Assembly: GCA_963724705.1 (NCBI GenBank)
Contig: CAVRVS010000002.1
Coordinates: forward strand, 699,648 to 763,647
DNA from: an uncultured Actinomycetota bacterium
GTDB lineage: Bacteria > Actinomycetota > Actinomycetes > Mycobacteriales > Micromonosporaceae
Direction of reading: 5' to 3'
DNA: 64,000 nucleotides
Shown: positions 18,024-25,524 of the stretch, piece by piece
How positions within the stretch are numbered: position 1 is the first letter of the stretch
How the letters are laid out: each line of letters opens with the position of its first letter
Notes under the pieces: generated by a model
What the model saw: only the letters and a program-made list of their open reading frames with translations
What the model was told of the DNA's origin: nothing
The model's database searches: none
Made by a program: the position numbers and the translations under genes

Positions 18024-18110
18024 TCAGCAGCCGCAGGCGCAGGTGTCGCCGTCGCAGCACTCGTCGCAGCAGCATTCTGGCTGCCATCCTGCCTTCGCGA
18101 TATCGGACAT
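18024..18110 (-). CDS. Cys-rich 28-aa peptide, candidate metallothionein-like metal-binding peptide
   Basis: atg tcc gat atc gcg aag gca gga tgg cag cca gaa tgc tgc tgc gac gag tgc tgc gac ggc gac acc tgc gcc tgc ggc tgc tga = MSDIAKAGWQPECCCDECCDGDTCACGC. SD GGAAAGGAGG lies 8 nt upstream, and a hairpin follows the stop. Same strand as, and downstream of, the metal-type MerR. Confidence 0.6.
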   Translation of the reverse strand: MSDIAKAGWQPECCCDECCDGDTCACGC

Positions 18111-18223
18111 GGTCGTCACCTCCTTTCCGGGCCGGGTTCTCGGGTCGGGTCGGTTCTCGGTCCGGTTCTCCGGCCCGCGGACCCGGGTTCTCGGGTTTTC
18201 GGCTTGGGGTCTCGGCTCCGGCC
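18111..18223 (-). repeat. Array of CCGAGAACC-like 9-mers in the merR-peptide spacer
   Basis: Plus-strand GGTTCTCGG at 18135, 18152 and 18186. Variants at 18164 (GGTTCTCCGG), 18194 (GGTTTTCGG) and 18208 (GGTCTCGG). A 13-nt exact repeat ccgggttctcggg occurs at 18132 and 18183. Confidence 0.6.
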
Positions 18224-18655
18224 TCAGTTGCCGGGCGGACACCACGTGCCAGGCGCCGGCGGTGGACATTCGGCCGACGGCAGTCGCTCGGCCATCCGGA
18301 GCATGTCCGCCCGCAAGGCGGTCAGCCGCACGAGCTCTACGTCGAGTTCGTCCAGCCGCCGCCGGAGCAGGTGCTCGGCCGGCTCGCATGGACAGGTGCC
18401 GGCGTCGCGTACGGCGAGCAGATCCCGTACGTCGCTCAGCGTGAGTCCCAGCCGCTGTGCCCCTTGAATGAACCGCATCCGGTCGATCGCCTCGACGCCG
18501 TACGCCCGGTAGCCCGACGACGTACGCCGCGGCGGCGGCAGGAGCCCGACTCGCTCGTAGTAGCGAATGGTGTCCGGCGCCACGCCGACCTCGTGCGCGA
18601 GTTCGCCGACGCGAAGGGCCGGCCGATTCTGGACTTCCCGAACCGCTAGCGTCAT
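18224..18655 (-). CDS. MerR family heavy-metal-responsive regulator (MerR/ZntR/CadR-like Cys pattern)
   Basis: HTH LRVGELAHEVGVAPDTIRYYERVGLL. Cys88/Cys90 sit at the start of the dimerisation helix, with Cys130-x8-Cys139 in the C-terminal loop. This parallels Tn501 MerR C82...C117-x8-C126. Confidence 0.8.
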   Translation of the reverse strand: MTLAVREVQNRPALRVGELAHEVGVAPDTIRYYERVGLLPPPRRTSSGYRAYGVEAIDRMRFIQGAQRLGLTLSDVRDLLAVRDAGTCPCEPAEHLLRRRLDELDVELVRLTALRADMLRMAERLPSAECPPPAPGTWCPPGN

Positions 18656-18662
18656 GGGGCTG

Positions 18663-18694
18663 ACGCTAAACCTTGGACCCGACTCCAGGGTCAA
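18663..18694 (-). promoter_or_regulatory. MerR-type promoter: TTGACC - 20-bp spacer with dyad - TAGCGT, leaderless start
   Basis: Minus strand reads TTGACC ctggagtcgggtccaaggtt TAGCGT cagcccc ATG. The spacer contains the dyad ACCTTGGA-N6-TCCAGGGT (7/8). The -10 lies 7 nt before the merR ATG. Confidence 0.5.
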
Positions 18695-18851
18695 GCCCGG
18701 CACGTGCGAGCGTGACGAAACATCGACGATCATGTTTCGAGTTGACCAAAAGTGGCGGGCGTGTGACCGTGCGCTGACGGTCGCTCCGGTTTGTACGGAA
18801 CTTTGTCTGAACCCCTTTTCTGCCTGGTCGGATACCGTTAGGTTGCACGTC

Positions 18852-19394
18852 ATGCAGGTGATGAGCGCCACTTTCATGCCTGTGGTGGTCTCTGTCCGCG
18901 ACCCGGCATACGACGACCGCTACGTGTTCGATGTGCTCCTCGACGATCTCGTCGTTGGGTATTCGCTGGGCTATCCGTACGGCGACCGGTTGATGACGTG
19001 GCCCGACTTCGGGCGACTGCGGATGTCACGCCGCGAGTTGCGCCATCGCGCCGCCGGTCAACTCGACGCGTCGATCGGCCAGATGTCGATCCATGGGCAA
19101 CCACCCGCATTGATGCTTTCGTTCGAGGGCATCGAATCCAGCGTGCTGCTCTGCGACGAGTTCTGGGACGGATTGGAGGGGCGCGTCCCGGGGTCGATCG
19201 TCGTTGGCGTCCCGGCGCGCGACGTCGTCGTCATCACCGGATCGCGTTCGGTCGCGGGCGTAGCGAAGGCACGCCGAACAGTCGACCGGATGTTCTACGC
19301 GGGCGCCCGGCATCCGTTGCGGCAGGGCCTGCTCGTGCGCCAACAGGGCCGCTGGCAGCCGATGCGCTTGCCAGCGCTGACGCGGGAAACCTAA
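18852..19394 (+). CDS. Hypothetical protein (possibly DUF1444-like)
   Basis: GC3-rich ORF. MQVMSATFMPVVVSVRDPAYDDRYVFDV...SFEGIESSVLLCDEFWDGLEGRVPGSIVVGVPARDVVVITG. TAGGTT lies 7 nt upstream of ATG 18852, suggesting a leaderless start. Family assignment is tentative. Confidence 0.5.
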   Translation: MQVMSATFMPVVVSVRDPAYDDRYVFDVLLDDLVVGYSLGYPYGDRLMTWPDFGRLRMSRRELRHRAAGQLDASIGQMSIHGQPPALMLSFEGIESSVLLCDEFWDGLEGRVPGSIVVGVPARDVVVITGSRSVAGVAKARRTVDRMFYAGARHPLRQGLLVRQQGRWQPMRLPALTRET

Positions 19395-19407
19395 CGCGCG
19401 GAGAAAC

Positions 19408-20355
19408 CTAACGCGGGAAATAGGCGCCGATCCACGCGCCGAGTTCGGTGAAAACCGTGTCGCGTACCGGTTTGCGGGATAGTGCGAGGTCGTGGCGCGC
19501 ACCGGCGAAGCGCACCAGTGTCACGTGCCGGCCGAGCCCCGGTCCCCATCGCCACATGTCGGCCGGATCCAGGACGGCGTCGGCGCTGTGCGCCTCGTCG
19601 CTCCAGGCGGTCGACCGATACGTCGCATTCGACGTCCCGATCAACACCGGCACCTCGATGTCCAGGCCACGATGGAGTCGCGCCTGCGCCGAGCGGATGG
19701 CCGCGAGCCAGCCGGCCCGAACGGCGAAGCCGCCGAGCGGTTTCCAGGCCAGATCGTATGTCCACTCACCCTCGTGGTCGGCGTGCAGGCTGCGGCCGTA
19801 CACCTGGTTGAGGCCGGCCGGAAGAAGTGCGTACGGCCGCGTGCGCGCGAGCGCCGAGAACGTCGGACCGATCGCGGCGCGGACCGCCGCGGACACGTTG
19901 AACTCGAAGAACGGGCTGTTGAGGAAGAGTCCGTCGATGACGCCGTCGGTGCGACGGCGATGCGCCCACAGCGATGCCGTGAGCCCCCCGGTGGAGTGGC
20001 CGCTCACCAACACCCGGGTGTGCCCGTCGACCTCGCGGATGATCCGCAGTGCCTCGTCCAACTCGGTGAAGTAGGACGCGACGTCGCGGGTGAAGTTGGC
20101 CGTCTGATGCGCGGCCAGACTGCGACCATGCTTACGCAGATCGATTGCGTAGAAGTCGATGCCCGCGTCGACGAAGAAATCCGCCAGATGTGTCTGGAAG
20201 AAATAGTCGGTATAGCCGTGGATATAGAGCACGGCGCGCGTGGTCGGTGCGTCGCATCGCCGGCGGACGAGGGTCGCCACCACCTTGCCCTCGTCGTCCT
20301 CGCCGAGGTCGATCGTCATCCGCTCGTACGGCGCGCCGAGCACGTCTTCATCCAC
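19408..20355 (-). CDS. Alpha/beta hydrolase (lysophospholipase/monoacylglycerol lipase-like)
   Basis: YIHGYTDYFF (HG oxyanion region), nucleophile elbow GHSTGG, and a C-terminal His region (GARHDL). Confidence 0.8.
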   Translation of the reverse strand: MDEDVLGAPYERMTIDLGEDDEGKVVATLVRRRCDAPTTRAVLYIHGYTDYFFQTHLADFFVDAGIDFYAIDLRKHGRSLAAHQTANFTRDVASYFTELDEALRIIREVDGHTRVLVSGHSTGGLTASLWAHRRRTDGVIDGLFLNSPFFEFNVSAAVRAAIGPTFSALARTRPYALLPAGLNQVYGRSLHADHEGEWTYDLAWKPLGGFAVRAGWLAAIRSAQARLHRGLDIEVPVLIGTSNATYRSTAWSDEAHSADAVLDPADMWRWGPGLGRHVTLVRFAGARHDLALSRKPVRDTVFTELGAWIGAYFPR

Positions 20356-20539
20356 GGCGGTAGGTTACCCCGCTGGTGGCCCGGGCGGCGTGCATGGAGC
20401 GTCGCTGTCCACAGGCACCCTCCCTGTCCACAGTTTCGCCGACACTCGCTCGCCTCACCGCGTCCGTACGACGAGTCTCGACCGGAATACATCGGCGCGT
20501 AGCGTTCCGCGCCGTCGATTCTCACGTAAGGGAGATGTC

Positions 20540-21205
20540 ATGTTCGACACCGCGGTGACCTTGATCGGCAATGTGATGACGGCCCCGGAATGGCGGCGTA
20601 CGTCGCAGACCGGGACGTACGTCGTCACCTTCCGCTTCGCATCCACCTCGCGCCGATACGACCGGGCAACCAGCCGATGGGTCGACGGCGACAGTCTGCG
20701 GATCAAGGTTGCGTGCTGGCGCAAGCTCGGCGAAAACGTCTTCGAGTCCGTCCAGCTCGGCGATCCGCTCGTCATCCACGGTCGGATGTACAGCCGGGAC
20801 TGGACCGACACCGAAGAGCGCCGGCACACGTCCTATGAGCTCGACGCCGTCGCCGTCGGCCACGACATGTCGCGTGGCGTGGCGAAGTTCGCCCGCCGGC
20901 GTGCCGTCGGTGCGACCGACGCGATCAACGATGCGGCGACCGAAGGCTCGATCGGCGGTGAGGCCGCCGAGGCGGTCGAGTCGCCCGGTCGCCCGGCCGA
21001 CCTGCCGCCGGACAATGAATTGTTCACCGATTTCGATCACGACCGCTTCGACACGTCACCGGTGCCGCCGCCGGCCGATCCGATCTTCGAAACCGGATCG
21101 CGGCGATCTCGAAGCGACGACACCGACGACGACACGAACGACGATGACGCAACCGACGACGATGTCGACGACGTGCTGGATGAGGAGATGTCCGTCGCGG
21201 CGTGA
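20540..21205 (+). CDS. ssb: Single-stranded DNA-binding protein paralog (SsbB-like)
   Basis: OB fold MFDTAVTLIGNVMTAPEWRRTSQTGTYVVTFRFASTSRRYD...LRIKVACWRKLGENV...GDPLVIHGRMYSRDW. AAGGGAGA lies upstream. The acidic tail ends DVLDEEMSVAA rather than the canonical DDDIPF. Confidence 0.75.
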   Translation: MFDTAVTLIGNVMTAPEWRRTSQTGTYVVTFRFASTSRRYDRATSRWVDGDSLRIKVACWRKLGENVFESVQLGDPLVIHGRMYSRDWTDTEERRHTSYELDAVAVGHDMSRGVAKFARRRAVGATDAINDAATEGSIGGEAAEAVESPGRPADLPPDNELFTDFDHDRFDTSPVPPPADPIFETGSRRSRSDDTDDDTNDDDATDDDVDDVLDEEMSVAA

Positions 21206-21499
21206 CCGACGCGTGGGGACGTGGGTCGGCCACGGTGGCCCGGGCCGGGCCGGATCGCTGAGGCGAGTCGTCAACGATCCGGCTCGAGTCCCGTGCCGCT
21301 GCCGCTGCCGCTGCCGCTGGCCCGCTGGTTTCAGCGTTCCGGGTTCGGGTTCGTGAGCCGCTAGGAAGTCGTTGTCGTCGCATGTGGACGGAGATCCTTG
21401 TCACCATCTGCCGGAACATGAGTCTCGATTACGCCTCCCGACCAGAACTGGTCATTCTCCAGTCATCCGCCGTTCGTCTGTCGCCGCTTGGCTGCGGTC

Positions 21500-23371
21500 A
21501 TGCGCCTCAATCTCCTCGCCCGCAAGCGGGCGGCAGTCATCGGCGGCACCGCGGTCGCCATCGTCCTGGCCTCCGTCGGCGTGGCCTCGGCCGACCCGTT
21601 CGGGTGGTGGCCGACGGCGCCTCACCCGTTCGCGGTGAACGCCGACCAAGGCGTGGCCCGCCCGGGTGGCGGCGGCATCGTCACGGGCAACGTGCTCACG
21701 AATGACTTCGGCGCGACCGCGGTCGTGCGCAACAGCGGCCTGGACAACCCGGCCGCGGGCACCCTGACGGTGGACGCCGACGGGTCCTACAGCTTCACGC
21801 CGGCCGTGAAGGGAAGCCACGGCACCGTGCAGTTCACCTACACCGCGACCGACGCCGTCACGCTGTACAAGGACGCGGTGCCCGGTGCGGACAAGATCCC
21901 GCCGCTCGGCGCGCTCGAAGGTCCGAACGGCACGACCGTGCTGATCTCCGGGGGCGGCTACGGCTCGTCGTTCGTGCCAGTGCCGCACAAGTCGGGCTGG
22001 TTCTACGGAATCACCGACCGCGGCCCGAATGCCGACGACGACGGCCCGCTAGGCGAGAAGGTCTTCACCGACCCGACCTTCAACCCGCAGATCGGCCTGT
22101 TCCAACTCGTCGGCGGCAAGGCAGTGCTGCAGAAGACGATCGTCCTCAAGGCGCCGGACGGCACGGCGTACAACGGCCTGCCGAACCCGGTGACCAAGAA
22201 CGCCGCGAGCGCGGAGAAGACCGAGGACCTCTTCGGCACCCAGATCGACCCGACCCAGCTCTACACCGTGCCCGGCACCCAGCCGGCCGTCAAGCTCAAC
22301 CCCGACAACGGTTACGACTCCGAGGGACTGGTCGCCCTGCCGGACGGCAGCTTCTGGATCTCCGACGAATACGGCCCCTTCATCACGCACTTTGACAAGA
22401 ACGGCAAGGAGATCGAGCGGCTCTCGCCATGGGGCGCCGACACCGGTTTCGGCCTCGGCAACGGCCACAATGTCGACACCAAGCACCCGCTGCCGATCGA
22501 GCTGCAGTTGCGCACCAAGAACAAGGGCATGGAGGGCCTCACCGTCACGCCCGACGGCAGGACGCTGGTCGGAATCATGCAGTCGGCACTTACCGTGCCC
22601 GACTACGGTCCGGGTTCGAACGGCAAGACCGTCAAGCCGGCCAACGTCGCGCCGGTGCGGATCGTGACGGTCGATCTCAAGACGAAGGCGATCCACGAGT
22701 ACCTGTACCTACTCACCAACCCGGCCACGACCGTCAGCGCCGTCAGCGAGATCACCGCGTTGTCCGACACGAAGTTCCTCGTCGACGAGCGTGACGGTAA
22801 CCAGGGCGAGCCCGGCCAGGCGGCGTTCAAGGACCTCTACGAGATCGACCTGACCGGCGCGACCGACGTCAAGGGCAACGGCGTGAACCCGCTGGGCTAC
22901 ACGGTCACGACTCCTTCGGGCCCGAAGTCGATCGACGCGTACGTCGGGGACGCGGTGACCTCCAAGGCCGAGTTGCTGTTGGCGCAGGCGGGCATTACGC
23001 CGGTGAGCAAGACGCCGTACCTCGAGATCGGCAACGTGCTGAACCAGCTCGACCCGTCGGGCGCCTTCTTCAGCCACGACAAGATCGAGGGTGTCGCAAC
23101 CGCCGATGGCGGCCGGACCCTCTACCTTGCCAATGACAGCGACTTCGGCATGGACCACCTGCTCGGGCAGGACGAGGCGGCCTGTGAGGCGTCGGGACTC
23201 TCCGACACGACGGCGTGCGCGCCGGTGAAGTCGGCCACGACGGGCAAGTACCTTGTCCACCAGAAGACGCTGGACGCCAGTGGCGTGGTGGACGACGGTG
23301 AGGTCCTCAAGGTGGACGTGTCGAAACTACCGCCGGTGCTGGGCACGGCGACGGTCACGATCAAATACTGA
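21500..23371 (+). CDS. Secreted esterase-like activity of phytase family protein with N-terminal Ig/cadherin-like domain
   Basis: Signal peptide MRLNLLARKRAAVIGGTAVAIVLASVGVASA. The GNVLTNDFG...TLTVDADGSYSFTP module. Phytase-like beta-propeller motifs (YDSEGLVALPDGSFWISDEYGPFITHFDKNGKE). Confidence 0.7.
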   Translation: MRLNLLARKRAAVIGGTAVAIVLASVGVASADPFGWWPTAPHPFAVNADQGVARPGGGGIVTGNVLTNDFGATAVVRNSGLDNPAAGTLTVDADGSYSFTPAVKGSHGTVQFTYTATDAVTLYKDAVPGADKIPPLGALEGPNGTTVLISGGGYGSSFVPVPHKSGWFYGITDRGPNADDDGPLGEKVFTDPTFNPQIGLFQLVGGKAVLQKTIVLKAPDGTAYNGLPNPVTKNAASAEKTEDLFGTQIDPTQLYTVPGTQPAVKLNPDNGYDSEGLVALPDGSFWISDEYGPFITHFDKNGKEIERLSPWGADTGFGLGNGHNVDTKHPLPIELQLRTKNKGMEGLTVTPDGRTLVGIMQSALTVPDYGPGSNGKTVKPANVAPVRIVTVDLKTKAIHEYLYLLTNPATTVSAVSEITALSDTKFLVDERDGNQGEPGQAAFKDLYEIDLTGATDVKGNGVNPLGYTVTTPSGPKSIDAYVGDAVTSKAELLLAQAGITPVSKTPYLEIGNVLNQLDPSGAFFSHDKIEGVATADGGRTLYLANDSDFGMDHLLGQDEAACEASGLSDTTACAPVKSATTGKYLVHQKTLDASGVVDDGEVLKVDVSKLPPVLGTATVTIKY

Positions 23372-23384
23372 CCGACCGATTGCG

Positions 23385-23422
23385 GAACGGCCCGCTTCCC
23401 GGTGACCGGGGGCGGGCCGTTC
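23385..23422. terminator. 11-bp stem hairpin after the phytase-like gene
   Basis: GAACGGCCCGC-(16 nt, itself CCCGGtgaCCGGG)-GCGGGCCGTTC. Lies 14 nt after the stop at 23371. Confidence 0.6.
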
Positions 23423-23571
23423 GCTTGCTGGCGTGACTCATCAGCAAGGCGATTGACCGACTCCCGCCTGTACATAAGTGTGGCCCGTACATAAGCGGTG
23501 GCCGGCCCGAGGAATCGAGCCGGCCACCGCTGCTGGCGCGGAGACCCGAGGGTCGAACGCGGCTTGAGACG

Positions 23572-24150
23572 TCAGCCGGTGACGCAGCCCGGCAGCTTCT
23601 TGGCCTCGGCCGCGGTCACGAAAGCGCTGCAATCGACGGCTGTGCCGCCGGCCACGGGTTTCCATGTTTTCGTCGACGCCGTGTACTTGAAGAGGATTTC
23701 CGCGCGGTCCGCATTCGGCGTCGAGGCCGTTGCGCGGGCCATGGCGTAACCCGGCACGCAGACCGGCGAACCGATACCGGGCGGTGCGCCGAGTGCCTGA
23801 TACATCGCTCCGTCGTCGGTGAGCGCGTGGAAGAGTTCCAGGCGGGACACCGTACATTTCGTCGTGCCGTTGGTCGACGAACCGGATGACACGGATCCAC
23901 TCGACGGCTTGCTCGTGGGCTGTGCGGTCCCCGTCTTCGTGCCGGTCGCTTGAGCGCCGGGAGAGGCGGCGCCGGCCGATGCCGTGCCACCCAGGCTCGC
24001 CGCGGTAGACCCGGGGGAGGCCCCCGTCGATGGGGCGGACGAGCCGCGCGCCACGAACTTCGCACCGCCGCCACATCCGCCGAGCGCGGCCGCCAGCGTA
24101 AGCCCGAGGCCGGCGACGGAGGCGGCGACGATCAGGTGTCTTTGCGGCAT
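23572..24150 (-). CDS. Lipoprotein of unknown function
   Basis: MPQRHLIVAASVAGLGLTLAAALGGCGGG carries a lipobox (LGGC). Ser/Thr/Gly/Ala-rich linker, then a Cys-containing globular C-terminal domain. Confidence 0.65.
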   Translation of the reverse strand: MPQRHLIVAASVAGLGLTLAAALGGCGGGAKFVARGSSAPSTGASPGSTAASLGGTASAGAASPGAQATGTKTGTAQPTSKPSSGSVSSGSSTNGTTKCTVSRLELFHALTDDGAMYQALGAPPGIGSPVCVPGYAMARATASTPNADRAEILFKYTASTKTWKPVAGGTAVDCSAFVTAAEAKKLPGCVTG

Positions 24151-24261
24151 GGGATGGGAGCATACGGCCATCTCGACCGGCTCGCGACGGGGCGTACATG
24201 AGGCCTGCGGCGGCGTCGCGTCGACGCTGTCCGGACGCCTGGTCAGGCGTACCGCGTCGAA

Positions 24262-24585
24262 TCAAATCGGCGACCCGCCGACCAGCCGGCGTGCCTCGTC
24301 CTTCTCCGAGTCGAACACGAGAACGTTCATCCGGCCGTCGCCGGAGGGCGCGACGGTGGCGCGGATGCCGGCGTCGCTCAGTCGGACCTGCATGGCACGC
24401 GCTTCGGGTGCCGTTTGGACGACCGCGACCACGCTCAAGAGGCCATAGTCGGCCGGGCCGGCGAAGATCTCGGCCTGTTTGCGCTTCAGCTCCGGGTCCG
24501 CCGACCAGCGCAAGATCGCCGCGAGCGCGCCGATCACCAGGAACGCCACGAGCGGGCCCAGGACGTAGACGGTGGATTCCGGCAC
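24262..24585 (-). CDS. Small membrane-anchored hypothetical protein (start uncertain)
   Basis: One TM helix (VYVLGPLVAFLVIGALAAILRW), then a small alpha/beta-looking domain. GC3-rich. Lies directly downstream of the ABC operon. The track ORF starts with TTG at 24669. Confidence 0.45.
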   Translation of the reverse strand: MPESTVYVLGPLVAFLVIGALAAILRWSADPELKRKQAEIFAGPADYGLLSVVAVVQTAPEARAMQVRLSDAGIRATVAPSGDGRMNVLVFDSEKDEARRLVGGSPI

Positions 24586-24675
24586 ACCCTCAGTTTGGCA
24601 CCGCGCGGACCGTGATCGCACGCCAACCTGGCGCGTCGCGTCGAACGTACGACCAGCGGCGGGAATCAATCCGCC

Positions 24676-25524
24676 TCAGGAATCGGTACGACTCCGCCAC
24701 CGGAACGTACGCAACGCCAGCACCAGGGCACCGACCGACCACAGGCCGAGAATGAGTGCGGTCCGGCCGGGCTCCCACGAATGCGCCGGTTCGAGCGACT
24801 GCAGCCGGTCGGGCAGCAACACCGAGCGGTAACCCTGCGCGATCCACTTGAGTGGGAACAGCGCGCCGAGGTGCTGGATCGTCTGCGGGACCTGGGTGAA
24901 CACGAAATACACGCCGGAGAGGAATTGCAACACGAGCGCCACGCTGGTGACGACGGCGGGGGCCGCCTTGCCCGTACGCGGGACCGACGAGTACGCGATG
25001 CCGAACAGCGACCCGGCCGTCACGCCGAGCACGGTGACCCACAGGAAAGTGACCCACCGGTGCCAGTCGGTGGGCAGTGACACCTTGCCGAGCAGTTCGG
25101 CGATCACCAGCAGCAGGACGGACTCCAGGATGACCAGCGCAAGCACCATGACGATCTTGCCGACGAAGTACGCCGCCGGCGGCATCGGTGTGCCCTGCAG
25201 GCGCTTGAGCACGCCCTTGTCGCGTTCGACCGCGATCTGGATCGCGAGCGTCTGGAATGCGACGCCGAACAGGCCGGTCGCGAGAATTCCGGGCACGAAA
25301 TACCGGGCGAAAGCCACCCCGCCCGATCCGTCGATCTTGTAGCTGAAGATCGAGCCGAAGATCAGCAATAGCATCACCGGAAACGCGAGCGTGAAGAACA
25401 CCTGCTCGCGCTGACGGAAGAACTCTTTGAGCTCGAGCCGGCCGCGTAGCCAGCCGATGCGTAGCGTCGAGACGGCCGTACTCTCCAGGGCCGGGGCGGC
25501 GGGCGCGATCGTTTCGGCGGCCAT
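24676..25524 (-). CDS. ABC-2 type transporter permease
   Basis: Six hydrophobic helices in an ABC-2 family layout. Its ATG overlaps the ATPase stop (TGATG). Confidence 0.8.
   Translation of the reverse strand: MAAETIAPAAPALESTAVSTLRIGWLRGRLELKEFFRQREQVFFTLAFPVMLLLIFGSIFSYKIDGSGGVAFARYFVPGILATGLFGVAFQTLAIQIAVERDKGVLKRLQGTPMPPAAYFVGKIVMVLALVILESVLLLVIAELLGKVSLPTDWHRWVTFLWVTVLGVTAGSLFGIAYSSVPRTGKAAPAVVTSVALVLQFLSGVYFVFTQVPQTIQHLGALFPLKWIAQGYRSVLLPDRLQSLEPAHSWEPGRTALILGLWSVGALVLALRTFRWRSRTDS

Noticed and set aside
18024-18389. The long 121-aa version of the Cys-rich ORF
   Set aside because: Its 5' part overlaps the merR coding region out of frame, then runs through the CCGAGAACC repeat spacer. 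It has no SD at its ATG. Only the last 28 codons, which follow a consensus SD, are retained as a candidate gene.
22600-22640. GGTTCGAA T-loop-like motif suggesting a second tRNA
   Set aside because: The flanking bases cannot form a T-stem or an acceptor stem, and the motif lies inside the well-supported phytase-like CDS.
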